From positions 2,046,001 through 2,110,000 of the forward strand of contig NW_025767646.1 in NCBI RefSeq assembly GCF_003918875.1: a stretch of 64,000 bases of DNA, read 5' to 3'. The notes under the pieces are model-generated. The model had not been told where the DNA came from and ran no database searches. It was given only the letters and a program-made list of their open reading frames with translations. This stretch comes from Haliotis rubra (taxonomy: Eukaryota). Shown here one piece after another: positions 40,557-53,569 of the stretch. The translations under genes were made by a program, and so were the position numbers. Every line of letters begins with the position of its first letter. The stretch's first letter is position 1.

Positions 40557-41939
40557 ATTCATCAAAAGCTAAGTTTTGAACCATGGAGACATGTCAATTT
40601 CCAGGATGACCCATGGAAACTAGAAACCTACTGACCAATCATTTTGGACTTATATTGCAAAGAGCTTAAGTTTCAGGAAGTTTCCCTGCACAATTACAGC
40701 TGGATGACAATATTCTTCAGCAAAGGAAAATAGGTTGACAGAACATCTGACAACTGCTTGAATGTATTCCAGGAGAAGTGAAAGTGTTGACAAATAATTA
40801 CATTAGTGACCCCAGAGGTGTCAAGCTGCTCAGAGTCTCAAGTCATGGCTGTCCATTGCATTTTTTCTTGCAAGACCTTTAAATCTCTAGGGTGGTTACA
40901 TAGAAATATCCTTGAAATGTTGTAAAAAGCATCATCACACAGCATGTGTTTTGAGCCCACTTCATGTTAAGATGGATCATTTCAGTTGAAAGCAGACATT
41001 TGTCATGCCCAGAATGCTGGTTATGTTGGTCACTTTTGCATTGACAATTTAAAGTCATGACCTTTGAGCTACATGTCCACTGTCATCTGCCTCTTTCAGA
41101 ATTAAAGAAGATTTATCTCAGGAACACTGCTCTTTTATAGTGATGGCAAATAACACTCCTGAATCTCTGAACCTCAAATGTCTGAAGTTTTTGGCAGTAA
41201 CAACATTTGCAGTCCAAAAGTATCTGAGTAGCATTTAATGTGTGAGATATCGAGATGCTGATCATGTAGACAGTGACACTTTGAATCAGTATGTAAACAT
41301 TGCTTTAAGAACATCTGAACTGTCACAGGTCCTATATAGATACCACTTTGGTGACCCCTTATACACATGGGGTTGTTGCAGGCAGATCAAAGACCAAACG
41401 AGAAAATCACAGATAAGAATGTATGATAGCAGACCCTGGCATAGCAAAGGGACATCACTCCTTCTAATGATGAAAACTTTCAGAGATTACAACATGGAAT
41501 AGCATATATACCCCAATCTGAGTTACAACTTGTTTGAAATCAAATCAGCTTTTTTACAATCCCAAAGATTGAGTAGAGTGGTGAATCTGTTTCTTGTAAT
41601 GTCGTAGGTCCAGTACAGTACTAAAAGCCAATTATTAAGTTGGGTGGAATTGTATACAAAGTTGAAGAAAATGTCAACCTGTTATTAATGGTTCGAGTAA
41701 AGGTGTTTGCAATGTACACCTCCCAACAGTTGGGTAGGACTGTTTCTCTGGCCTTTCACAAACAATATAGCCCCTCACCTCCAAATCAATCCTAAATACT
41801 GAATTTTAATTCCTTCATATAAATGCTTTGAAAGGTTTACTAAGCCTTAGATTTTAGCAGAAAGTCAGAAATTCACCTTTGTTCCAGGAACTTCTTTCAT
41901 TATGCTAAATACAACCTGAAATAATAAAGTCTCCTAACA

Positions 41940-43178
41940 GCAATGGTCAACTTGTAGCAAGTCTTAAGAACAAGGGTTAACTTGTAGCAAGTCTTAAGAA
42001 CAAGGGTTAACCTCCAGTGTCTCTGCACAATAAGGATCAACTTGTAGCAAGTCTTAAGAACAAGGGTTAACCTCCAGTGTCTCTGCACAATAAGGATCAA
42101 CTTGTAGCAAGTCTTTAGAACAAGGGTTAACCTCCAGTGTCTCTGCATGATAAGGATCAACTTGTAGCAAGTCTTTAGACCAAGGGTTAACCTCCAGTGT
42201 CTCTGCACAATAAGGATCAACTTGTAGCAAGTCTTAATAACAAGGGTAAGAAGTCTAATAAAGGGTAACCTCCAGTGTCTCTGCACAATAAGGTTCAAAT
42301 TGTAGCAAGTCTTAAGAACAAGGGTTAACCTCCAGTGTCTCTGCATGATAAGGATCAACTGTAGCAGCTTAAGAACAAGGGTTAAAGTCTTAAGGATCAA
42401 CTTGTAGCAAGTCTTAAGAACAAGGGTTAACCTCCAGTGTCTCTGCATGATAAGGATCAACTTGTAGCAAGTCTTAAGACCAAGTAAAGTCTCTGCACAA
42501 TAAGGATCAAATTGTAGCAAAAGGTTAACCTCCAGTGTCTCTGCACTTGTAATAAGGATCAACTTGTAGCAAGTCTTAAGAACAAGGGTTAACCTCCAGT
42601 GTCTCTGCACAATAAGGATCAACTTGTAGCAAGTCTTAAGAACAAGGGTTAACCTCCAGTGTCTCTGCACAATAAGGATCAAATTGTAGCAAGTCTTTAG
42701 AACAAGGGTTAACCTCCAGTGTCTCTGCACAATAAGGATCAACTTGTAGCAAGTCTTAAGAACAAGGGTTAACCTCCAGTGTCTCTGCACAATAAGGATC
42801 AACTTGTAGCAAGTCTTTAGAACAAGGGTTAACCTCCAGTGTCTCTGCATGATAAGGATCAACTTGTAGCAAATCTTTAGACCAAGGGTTAACCTCCAGT
42901 GTCTCTGCACAATAAGGATCAACTTGTAGCAAGTCTTAAGAACAAGGGTTTACCTGTACTGTGGTGGCAGAATAAGGCAGAACAAGGGTTAACTTGTAGC
43001 AAGTCTTTAGAACAATGGTTTACCTGTACTGTGGTGGCAGAACATGGATCAACTTGTAGCAAGTCTTAAGAACAAGGGTTTACCTGTACTGTGATGGCAG
43101 AACAAGGGTTAACTTGTAGCAAGTCTTTAGAACAAGGGTTTACCTGTACTGTGGTGGCAGAACAAGGGTTAACTTGTA
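41940..43178. repeat. 60-bp minisatellite built from related 30-bp subunits
   Basis: AAGGATCAACTTGTAGCAAGTCTTAAGAAC + AAGGGTTAACCTCCAGTGTCTCTGCACAAT; a third subunit appears at the right end. Confidence 0.97.
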
Positions 43179-45093
43179 GTCTTTTGGTGTTCACACAGTC
43201 ATTCATGCCTGTGCACCCACTGCTGACAAGACAAGATGTGCTGGTTGAGGCAGCCAGTCAGATTCAGTTAGATGTCAACACACATACACGCCCATCTGAG
43301 CAGCAATGCACCAAATAACAAGGGATCAAGCCCTATGGCTGCAGCTGTTTTAAAATGATCAAATGGCTGCAATGAAATTATATTTCAACAGATAAAACAG
43401 AACAAATAATGGATGTTGACAACTGGCTTAACTTTGTGTGAACTGCAACAATAAAAAGGTGTACCCATTTATGTTAATAGGTAATGTTTATAAATAAACT
43501 AATAAGGGAGCACTCATTATCCCCCAATAGATATGGCGACCCTCTCCTGAAACACGATTAACTAGTTCTAAAACTGTTTCCTGTCTGTAGCAATACTCAT
43601 TAGCACAAAACTGTGTTGACCGTAGATATGTCTTCTAGTATTTGGGCTGTACAGGATTTGGGTGTAATCTGTCATCAAAAACTGTAGCAGGTGCAGTGGC
43701 CATAGGAACTGCTGCTACTTTAGTAACTGCAAAAACTGTAGCAAATATTACTCAGCACATACAACTATAGAATTAGAAAAGATATTGTGAGAATATAAAT
43801 TATCGCACAATTATGACAGAAATCAACTGGGGATCTTTCAAAATATTTTGTCAAAGACAGACTTTCTGTGGTCTCCTGCACATATTCAGCGGAGTTCCAG
43901 GCCTTCATTTGAAATCAGTGACTCACTTGCAATTGACACAGCATCTGTGCAGACAGTGTAACCATTAATTGTTAGCATCATATAGGTCATATAATTGCGT
44001 TGTACAGTTTGAACACCTTGAAGCAAATTTGAAGGGACTGCATATAGGCTTCAAGCTCAGCATGTATAGTCTGTATGTTAATTATACTGTGAAAATTCGG
44101 ATGTAGAACAGGTGTACAACCGATTACTGAAATATTCTTTTAATCATTATAAAATATTTTTTTAAACAATATCTTGGAATTTACTACCATTAAAGTTTTT
44201 ACGTCTTTACTGTTATTCAGAAAGGGTGAGCAACGTTGAAGTGAACCATTTGATCATCAGCCATCAATGAAGTGCTGTCAACTCAGATCCAATATTTGGA
44301 GAAATGGGGACACAAATAATTCCCAAGTCAGATACAATTAGCACCTCAGATGTCTAAAACAAGGGAGATAATCTCAAACCATCCCCTGCAGCCCATCCCA
44401 CAGGATATGCCAGTACTCTTTCATATGGAAAACACAAAAGTCATTCATAAATATACACCTATGTCTGTCGTGAGGTCAATATCATCATATCACATGGTTC
44501 TTGATTACAGAATGTTAAGAAATAATTTATCAGTCACGTATAGCGCATATAGCACTACCATCCTGAACGTACATACTTTAAGTATTCAGTATCTGTGACA
44601 GGAAATCTCCATATGACCACAAAATGTTCCCCAAACACAATATAAGGAAACGGTATCATTAAAATGGAACAATTTATTTTCATTATCAATTATTAATTTT
44701 TTTGTTCCATGCCATCTCGAATGCATCATGGTTATAATTGAAAGCTTTTAGAGTCCATTTCAAAATGTTCTCCAGGGTTGTGAAACATTAACCAGGTTAT
44801 GCTGTGCACCAGAAGATTAACATTAGGAAATCATTGCTTGATGTACAGGACTGACAAATGTATACAATATTCAGAAATACCATCGTAATGTTGATCTTCT
44901 AGTGAATGTAATGACACAAAATGACAATTCAGTGAATCAGACAGCGATTCTACATTGTGTACACAGCGGGTTTTTGTTGGTGACCCATGAACCAGGCAAC
45001 CAGTAATGCAGTCTTCATGCAGAAACACGTCATTATCTGATATTGCTTTTACACTGCTGCTGAATGGAAACATACATCTGCCTCACTTGGATC

Positions 45094-45564
45094 NNNNNNN
45101 NNNNNNNNNNNNNNNNNNNNNNNNNNNNNNNNNNNNNNNNNNNNNNNNNNNNNNNNNNNNNNNNNNNNNNNNNNNNNNNNNNNNNNNNNNNNNNNNNNNN
45201 NNNNNNNNNNNNNNNNNNNNNNNNNNNNNNNNNNNNNNNNNNNNNNNNNNNNNNNNNNNNNNNNNNNNNNNNNNNNNNNNNNNNNNNNNNNNNNNNNNNN
45301 NNNNNNNNNNNNNNNNNNNNNNNNNNNNNNNNNNNNNNNNNNNNNNNNNNNNNNNNNNNNNNNNNNNNNNNNNNNNNNNNNNNNNNNNNNNNNNNNNNNN
45401 NNNNNNNNNNNNNNNNNNNNNNNNNNNNNNNNNNNNNNNNNNNNNNNNNNNNNNNNNNNNNNNNNNNNNNNNNNNNNNNNNNNNNNNNNNNNNNNNNNNN
45501 NNNNNNNNNNNNNNNNNNNNNNNNNNNNNNNNNNNNNNNNNNNNNNNNNNNNNNNNNNNNNNNN
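45094..45564. other. Assembly gap
   Basis: Run of N. Confidence 1.
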
Positions 45565-45733
45565 TTTCTAGCTGTCACAAATTCAGTTTGGAATTGTAGC
45601 TGCTGGAGCCCAGCATGAATGAAATGAGGTTACTGATATTTCACACCCACCCGTATCAAGGCATTTCTGCTTTAGTGAGAGATGTCCTCCAAGAGATAGA
45701 TCCACAAACTCAACTTAATGGTGACTGACTCGG

Positions 45734-46840
45734 GAACATAATTATGAATCTAGGATTATCACCCTAAGAAGCAGATCCTGCCAAATCAGAGTGAGTGGGT
45801 GAGTCTGTGAGTGAGTGAGTAAGTGAGTGAGTGTGTGGGTATGTGATTGAGTGAGTGTGTGGGTGGGTGTGTGGATGAGTGGGTGGGTGAGTGAGTGAGT
45901 GAGTGAACATAATTATGAATCTAGGATTATCACCCTAAGAAGCAGATCCTGCCAAACCAGAGTGAGTGGGTGAGTCTGTGAGTGAGTGAGTGAGTGAGTA
46001 AGTGAGTGAGTGTGTGTGTGGGTGTGTGAGTGAGTGAGTGTGTGGGTGGGTGTGTGGATGAGTGGGTGGGTAAGTGAGTGAGTGAGTGAGTGAACATAAT
46101 TATGAATCTAGGATTATCACCCTAAGAAGCAGATCCTGCCAAACCAGAGTGAGTGGGTGAGTCTGTGAGTGAGTGAGTAAGTGAGTGAGTGTGTGGGTGT
46201 GTGAGTGAGTGAGTGTTTGGGTGGGTGTGTGGATGAGTGGGTGGGTGAGTGAGTGAGTGAGTGAGTGAACATAATTATGAATCTAGGATTATCACCCTAA
46301 GAAGCAGATCCTGCCAAACCAGAGTGAGTGGGTGAGTCTGTGAGTGAGTGAGTAAGTGAGTGAGTGTGTGGGTGTGTGAGTGAGTGAGTGAGTGTTTGGG
46401 TGGGTGTGTGGATGAGTGGGTGGGTGAGTGAGTGAGTGAACATAATTATGAATCTAGGATTATCACCCTAAGAAGCAGATCCTGCCAAACCAGAGTGNNN
46501 NNNNNNNNNNNNNNNNNNNNNNNNNNNNNNNNNNNNNNNNNNNNNNNNNNNNNNNNNNNNNNNNNNNNNNNNNNNNNNNNNNNNNNNNNNNNNNNNNNNN
46601 NNNNNNNNNNNNNNNNNNNNNNNNNNNNNNNNNGGATTATTACCCTAAGAAGCAGATCCTGCCAAACCAGAGTGAATGAGTGAGTGAGTGAGTGGGTGTT
46701 TGGGCGTGTAGGTGGGTGAGTGGGTGAGTGAGTGAGTGAGTGAGTTGGCAAGTGGGTGAGCGGGTGAGTGAGTGAATGAGTGAGTGAGTGGGTGGGTGAG
46801 CGGGTGTGTGGGTAAGCTAGTGAGTGAGTGAGCGAGCGAG
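45734..46840. repeat. Composite tandem repeat: constant core of about 58 bp plus a variable GAGT/GGGT tract (contains gap 46498-46633)
   Basis: Core starts at 45734, 45905, 46092, 46267 and 46438, with a partial copy at 46634. Confidence 0.95.
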
Positions 46841-47889
46841 TGATGAGCCAGTTTGGTGTGGGAAGCAACCACTGAAGTAATGCAGATGCAAGCACAGTGT
46901 GGTACTGACAACCCCAGAAACACAACACACACTTAAGCCAACAATCATGGATTCCGGCAGGCCTATAAGGGATGCAGGTCAGCATGGGAGGAGTCAACTA
47001 TCAGTCTTATACAGAGCAGGTATCTGTTCTATTTACACAACATACAGAACAGGACATTACATCTGCCAGAGGCAGCCTTGGATGTTCCAGATAATATATA
47101 GTGCCTGGATAACAGCTATGACAGCGAAAACTAAAAGAATATTTTACATTAACTAATTATCTCACACATGTGAAAATAAGCATGTGTATGATTCAGACAT
47201 GATTTATTTGTTTGCTTGTTTAAAATGCCCAGGAAATCATTACATCATGACCCCTATAAACAACATGCAGCTATACTCAGGAAGACTCTCTCACACAAAT
47301 ACACTTTACAACCCATAGAATCACACTGAAAGTAAACACTGTCATTTCATCAAGGTTGTTACGTCAACAAAATGTTTTGGCAATGCAAATATAGCAAACA
47401 ACTATAATGAAAGCAAATGCTGTGAGGAGGATGATCTATTATGAGAACTACCTGCATGGCAGGGCCTGAGAGTCAGCTCTCACTGCGGAGACATTCAAAG
47501 ACAGCAGGCATACTGCCAACAGACTCATGTGTTCTCTAAACTCTGATGCAAAGCAGTCAAGGACAGCTGGCATGCATGGTTCGGGTGGTGATATTATAAA
47601 ATGTTTTCAGCTTAGTATTCTTAAAGCAACCCCTATCACTCTTGTTCGAACATTTCAGAGTGGTAATGAACAATGTTTTGGCCATGTTGTCAATCAAACA
47701 TTGTACATGATGACAAAATATCAACACACATGCACATGCACATGCACACGCACACGTACAAGGGAGACAACTCATCAGAGTAGATTACACAATGTCTATG
47801 GTACAGACTAATAAGCCTTGATTACCTCCTGAAACATATTCCATTGGGCATAAATATGCAGAACAATGGTTAAACTTACATGGATCAGA

Positions 47890-48385
47890 CGCGGTGGGGT
47901 AGCCTAGTGGTTAAAGTGTTTGTTCGTCATGTTCAATTCTCAACAAATGTATGAAGCCCATTTCGGTACAGCTATAGAACACCGGATACCTACCAGCCAT
48001 ATTGTTTAGTGTCACATCACCCTAACCCTAATGCTAACCCTAATGCTAACCCTAACCCTAACCCAAACCCTAACTGTAACCCTGACCCTAACTGTAGCCC
48101 TAACCCTAACCCCTACCCAAACCCAAACTCTAACCCTTACCCTAACTGTAAGCCTAACCCTAACTGTAAGCCTAACTCTAACCCTAACCCAAGCCCTAAA
48201 CCTTACCCAAATCCTAATGGTAACCCTAACTCAAACCCTAACCCTAAACCTAAACCTAAACCTTACCCTAACCCTAAGTAAACTCTCGTGCTTTCAAGGT
48301 ATCCAGTATTCTGTAGTCTAACCCCCATTTCTGGTGCCCCCCACCATGATATTGATGGAATATTGCTAAAAGCGGCATAAAACCT
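47890..48385 (+). mobile_element. SINE family A split by a MITE insertion
   Basis: Head at 47890-47964; remainder resumes at 48324 (CCCATTTCTGGTG...). Confidence 0.88.
47965..48323. mobile_element. 359-bp non-autonomous DNA transposon with an internal degenerate (CCCTAA)n array
   Basis: Imperfect 27-bp TIRs (20/27) with GG...CC ends; 8-bp TSD CCCATTTC (47957-47964, 48324-48331). Confidence 0.85.
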
Positions 48386-48539
48386 TGGTTAACACATGTC
48401 ATCGGTTCCCAATTGTGCAGATCGATGCTCATGCTGTTGATCACTGGATTGTCTGGTCCAGACTCGATTATTTACAGACTGCCACCATATAGCTGGAATA
48501 TTGCTGAGTGCAGCGTAAAACTAAACTCACTCACTCACT
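48385..48539 (+). mobile_element. SINE-like family B, 5'-truncated, at the tail of SINE A
   Basis: TTGGTTAACACATGTCATCGG through to (ACTC)n. Confidence 0.9.
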
Positions 48540-49178
48540 CCTGTATTAGAAAGGCTATACATTGTATTTGCACTTGAAAAAAATATATTACTGATCTCAC
48601 TATTTCAGTATATGGACACTGTGGGTAATTGAAACATATGAGACAATCATTGATGGCCCCACTATGAAGGTACAGGCAGGCAGACAAACAGATAGATAGT
48701 TTGACAGGCTGAAAGATTGATTGACTGTTTGACAATCACAAAATTGATAGTATGACTAATTAACGTTGACAGCCTGACATATGCATCAACAGATGGATTG
48801 TTGAAACTGACTGACATTTGGACAAATCAATATATTAATATATGGATACAGACCAAAAAACATGGCCACGTTTAAGTGACTTTTAGAAGGTGTGGTATGA
48901 TTGATGACACAGATTGACCTTATTTAGTCCTGAAGATAATCACATCTGTATCAAAATTAAGAATAGCTTTAAAATAATCCATAAGTCAACAGTCTTTTAA
49001 GATTGACAGATGTATATCTAATCCATGTATAAGTGAGTATGGTATGGAAACGGCGCCATACAAGTGGACATTATTATTATTATTATTATTGTGCTGCCTT
49101 TAGTAGTATTTCAGCAATAGTGTGGCTTCATCTCTTCAGACATGTGAGGATTCATCCTAAGTCATCTGTCTGACAAAA

Positions 49179-49337
49179 AGGGCAGTGGGGTAGCATAGTT
49201 AAAGCGTTTGCTTGCCACACCGAAAACCCAGGTTCGATTCCCTACATGGGTACAATGTGTGAAGCCCATTTCTGCTGTCCCCAACATGATATTGCTGGAA
49301 TATTGCTAAAAGTGGTGTAAAATCCAACTCACTCACT
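49179..49337 (+). mobile_element. SINE family A, CpG-decayed
   Basis: A and B boxes, tail; TSD TCTGACAAA. Confidence 0.9.
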
Positions 49338-49562
49338 CTGACAAATAAATGCTTTAAAATCAAGGCTATCCTAATCAATTGACCAATGGCCAGACAAAGA
49401 GGAATGTGAACAGACTGTGGACTATTGCAGCAGATGCACAACTTGGCCAACTTATCTTGGAGCAGTTCATGTCAAGGTGGTACCATCAGGTCAGAGAATC
49501 TGCATCATGCCAAGTGCTGTCAGTAATAGCCGCCAGTGCCACCCCCTGGGGTGATGACGTAC

Positions 49563-49740
49563 CGAGACTTGACTACCATCCAGACACAAATGAACACTTC
49601 TGTACATACACATTACCGCTCTCCCCAACATGTGCTGCCTGATACATAGGCAATGACGGCTTAGACCCATCTGACAAGAGACGGTAGCCATGTTATTCCA
49701 TACAGCCTCTGGCCATAGTGTCTTGGAAAACATAGATGAT
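49563..49740 (-). other. Candidate exon of the minus-strand gene
   Basis: Acceptor TTAATTTTTCCTGCAG, donor TCG/GTACGT; one frame open throughout; no recognisable homology. Confidence 0.35.
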
Positions 49741-49949
49741 CTGCAGGAAAAATTAATTTGTTCTTGTAGAATATCAGACCATTATTGTTTCGGGTAAAAT
49801 ACCAATTTCAGGTCTTTACATGTATATACATAATTTGGAATGTTGACATATACCTTACATGATACATTAAAACACAAATACAAACATATTCAGATACAAA
49901 TACATTGTATGATATATCTTTCCTCTGTACTGTATCAATGATATACAAT

Positions 49950-50118
49950 GACTGACTGACTGACTGAGTTTGGTTTTCGCGCTTTTAGCAATATTCCAGC
50001 AGCAATATCGCGGGGGACACCAGAAATGGGCTTCACTCATTGTACCCATGTGGGGATTTGAACCCAGGTCTTCGTCGTGACGAGCCAACGCTTTAACCAC
50101 TAGACTACCCCACCGCCC
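49950..50118 (-). mobile_element. SINE family A
   Basis: Full copy; TSD GATATACAATGA. Confidence 0.93.
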
Positions 50119-50174
50119 GATATACAATGAGTTTCCAATAGTCCATCTTCTTGTTTCCATAATACAACAATGGA

Positions 50175-50298
50175 GTAGATCAATACTTAGGCGGTTGATC
50201 ACTGGATTGTCTGGTCCAGACTCGATTATATACAGACCACTATCATACAGCTGGAATATTGCTGAGCGTGGCGTAAAACTAAACTCACTCACTCACTC
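50175..50298 (+). mobile_element. SINE-like family B, 3' half
   Basis: TTGATCACTGGATTGTCTGGTCCAGACTCG through to (ACTC)n. Confidence 0.88.
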
Positions 50299-51637
50299 AT
50301 GGAGTTAAACAACAAACAAACCAACAAACCAACAAACATAATATTGTGAAGGTGTCCAGCTACGTGAGCTGAGGTTTACCCTGCTTTGAACAGAAACCTG
50401 TCAGCTGGTGAGGAAAGCTTTAAGTGATGCAGGTCTCTGACATTTACCACTTTAGTAAAGTCCATCTCTGGTGTATGTAATTTTCTTATCATAGCTTCTG
50501 TTTTGTTTCAAATATATTTTAAGATGCATTCACATATTTCTCAGTTATGGACAAATACAGGTGATTATCACATGATCATCTATTGTTCGTTGCGATTAAT
50601 CATCTGAACAAGAATAATAGAAACATTTAGGCCCCATGTTTATAAATGTCATGAAAATTAATGATAAGATTTTCTATTGTGTTGATAAGAAAAATGTTGT
50701 GTGGGCAGATACTTTATATTTTCTGGAACATCAAAGGCCACCTCTGGCAGATCCTGGATGTCATGTTTTGTATATAGTGTAAATAGAACTGATCTTCCAA
50801 AGACAAAGGAGTAAACTGACTTTAAATCTCCAATTTTCATCCTTGCCAAAATAGGCTGAAATTTTGTGGGTCAATAATAGCACCACCAGTGGCTGCTATG
50901 GGTTATTGCCCTTCTATATCTCTCCACCTAACCAATCAGATTCCTTCATGTCACTTTCATAAGCTTAAAAATAGGATAGAGCCCAGTTAAGACAATCTGA
51001 TCAATAATGGAGATCTATATGTTAATATCTTGTGAAGTCATATGAGCACCTTAATAAGTGTAAGATACTGGATACTATCTGTTGATGTCCAGTGGATGGT
51101 AGAAATGTTCTGCAAATCCTGCAATAAACTTAAATCTCCACAGCTGTTGCCATGATGTTTATGAACAGTATGTTGATTTTATCACAATTTTGATTGAACA
51201 AAAGACTCATCAGCCCAGGCAAAATACAACTCCATAATTCTAGTCTTGGGGGCAAGGGTAGAAATTGTAATTGTACTCAGTTATGTAGAACTCATTTGCT
51301 TAGGGAAGATGTCTGAAGACAAAACAATCCATGCACATGTTTTCTTCTTTCTTACATAAAAACTCAAAGAATTTAACGAACACTCGATTTCTTCCCATGC
51401 CTATAGTTGATCTGTCAATACTAGTGGGAACTGCAATCATACATCCTTCCAATATTTGGTGTCCTTTAACTTGTTTTGGTTAGTACAGACAATGCCAACA
51501 AACATATAGTACTCATAAATGAAGACTACTCACATTTGACTGGTTATTAATTATTGCCCATAATAACATTTGCATTTATGTTTTCATGAACCAAGTTAAA
51601 CCCTGCCCACTACCAGACTATGTGTTACCTGACTGGA

Positions 51638-51806
51638 GGGCGGTAGGGTAGCCGAGTGGTTAAAGCGTCGGCTCGTCACGCCAAAGACCCGGGTTCGAAT
51701 CCCCACATGGGTACAATGTGTGAAGCCCATTTCTGGTGTCCCCCGCCGTGATGTTGCTGGAATATTGCTAAAAGCGGCGTAAAACCAAACTCAGTCAGTC
51801 AGTCAG
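51638..51806 (+). mobile_element. SINE family A, young
   Basis: Close to consensus with CpGs intact; TSD GTTACCTGA. Confidence 0.94.
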
Positions 51807-52145
51807 TTACCTGATTGGGTTGGGTTTGCATTGTTATCCTGTATAATGTCACTGTGTTCTTAGAGTTTATGATTTAATAAACCAGGATCATATCAATATT
51901 GGATTTTTGTAAATATGATTTTACCTCATTACATTTTTGCCTTTTATGTAGGTAAATGTCAAAATTAATATAAATCGATTATGCAGATGTACACATGAAT
52001 TTTCTATGTGTATACCTCCCAAAACCAAAACAAGTTTTTTAATGGATGGAAATGTAATGATTAATTTATTGTAGTATGCTTTGCTAACTGTCATTCCATT
52101 GAAAATTATTGCACCTGCAATACTAAACAGTCTCATACTTTAAGG

Positions 52146-52270
52146 TTGTAGATCGATGCTCATGATGTTGATCACTGGATTGCCTGGTCCCGACTCGATT
52201 ATTTACAGGCCGCTGCCATATAGCTGGAATATTGCTGAGTGTGGTGTAAAACTAAACTCACTCACACACT
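52146..52270 (+). mobile_element. SINE-like family B, 5'-truncated
   Basis: 15-bp TSD CTCATACTTTAAGGT. Confidence 0.92.
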
Positions 52271-53331
52271 CATACTTTAAGGTGGTGTGAAGAGAAAAAA
52301 CAAATAAAACAAACACTTGCTAAACTATAATATACAATGTACACAAAATGTGTATTACATCCTGAGTCAAAAACCCTTTACAAAAACAAAATAATATGTA
52401 TGAGATGTATGTAAATACATGTATGTATGCTACTTCAAACATTATTGCATTCATTAAAAGTGCAAGCACAGATACATCTTTTTCAGAAAAGTGCACAAAA
52501 ATACTTGTACATACTTCTTTAAAAAATGCATATGTTGGTCATAAATTAGTCAGTTAATTGTTGTTTGTGTTGAAAATATGACACTGAACAATTTGGTTAT
52601 GTTTTTCGACCCCACTGCACTTACATTTAACAACAACCAAACAAATATCCCCCACCATGAATCAGTCCAGTGTCATCAGCTGTTCAGCAATTCAGCATCA
52701 ATATAACATAATGAACGGGTTCCATACCACAAGAGTTGTCTTTCCTTTTAGGTATCTAGGTCATAAACTGAATAGGTAAATTTAGAACAACATACTGTTT
52801 CATATATCTATGTATACTGGAGCAGTCTTCATATAGTTCTTTTGAGCTTGTTGACCAATCCAGTTCATGTACTTTTCATGAAATAAATATGTTTGAACAA
52901 CATGTAGGAAACCTTTATTACACCATTAACATCAAATTTCAACAAAGATCTTGAATAGAAGTCACTAAGCTAATGTTAAACTTAAAAACCTCTGCTGTAT
53001 TAAATGTCTTTTTAAGAGTCAGTTTACAAACAGTTGGCTTTTCAGCAGTTCTAGAATTTGGTGTCCACATGTCAATGTTTTTGAGGTTCAAGCATTTTTT
53101 GGTCTTTCATGAAATTGAAAGAGCATCACATGACACTTGCTCAAACATTCTTTGATGCAGGTTACATACTAAGCTGGAGTGAATATAAACAACAAAACCC
53201 TTTCCACGTCTACAGGAAACCTCTGCTGAAAGCAGAATCTATTGTACGATTCGGACTTCATCATTAGTATGTACATGTGTTTATGGATCAGTATCAAACA
53301 GGGATGAAACCAGGTGTTTATGAAGAGTTGG

Positions 53332-53496
53332 CTGACTGACTGAGTATGGTTTTACGCCGTTGTTAGCAATATTCCAGCAATATCACGGTGGGGACACCAG
53401 AAATGGGCTTCACAAATTGTACCCATGTGGGGAATCGAACCCGGGCCTTCGGCGTGACGAGTGAACGCTTTAACCACTCGGCTACCCCACCGCCCC
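53332..53496 (-). mobile_element. SINE family A, young
   Basis: Full copy; TSD TATGAAGAGTTG. Confidence 0.94.
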
Positions 53497-53569
53497 TATG
53501 AAGAGTTGAACATATCTTGCCCCACCAGTGGCAAATGCCATACTCATGCAAAGGCTAGTTAACTGTTTA

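Noticed and set aside
41900-42922. 340-aa minus-strand ORF
   Set aside because: Translation of the 60-bp minisatellite; no domain and no splice evidence
45006-45618. ORFs containing X runs (also at 34360-34602 and 46432-46997)
   Set aside because: Artefacts of assembly gaps and microsatellites
45734-46840. CRISPR-like repeat-spacer array
   Set aside because: Spacers are homologous microsatellite, there are no cas genes, and the context is eukaryotic
48009-48321. (NP)n and (LT)n ORFs, or a true telomere
   Set aside because: Translation of a degenerate CCCTAA array inside a TIR element; internal, not chromosome-terminal
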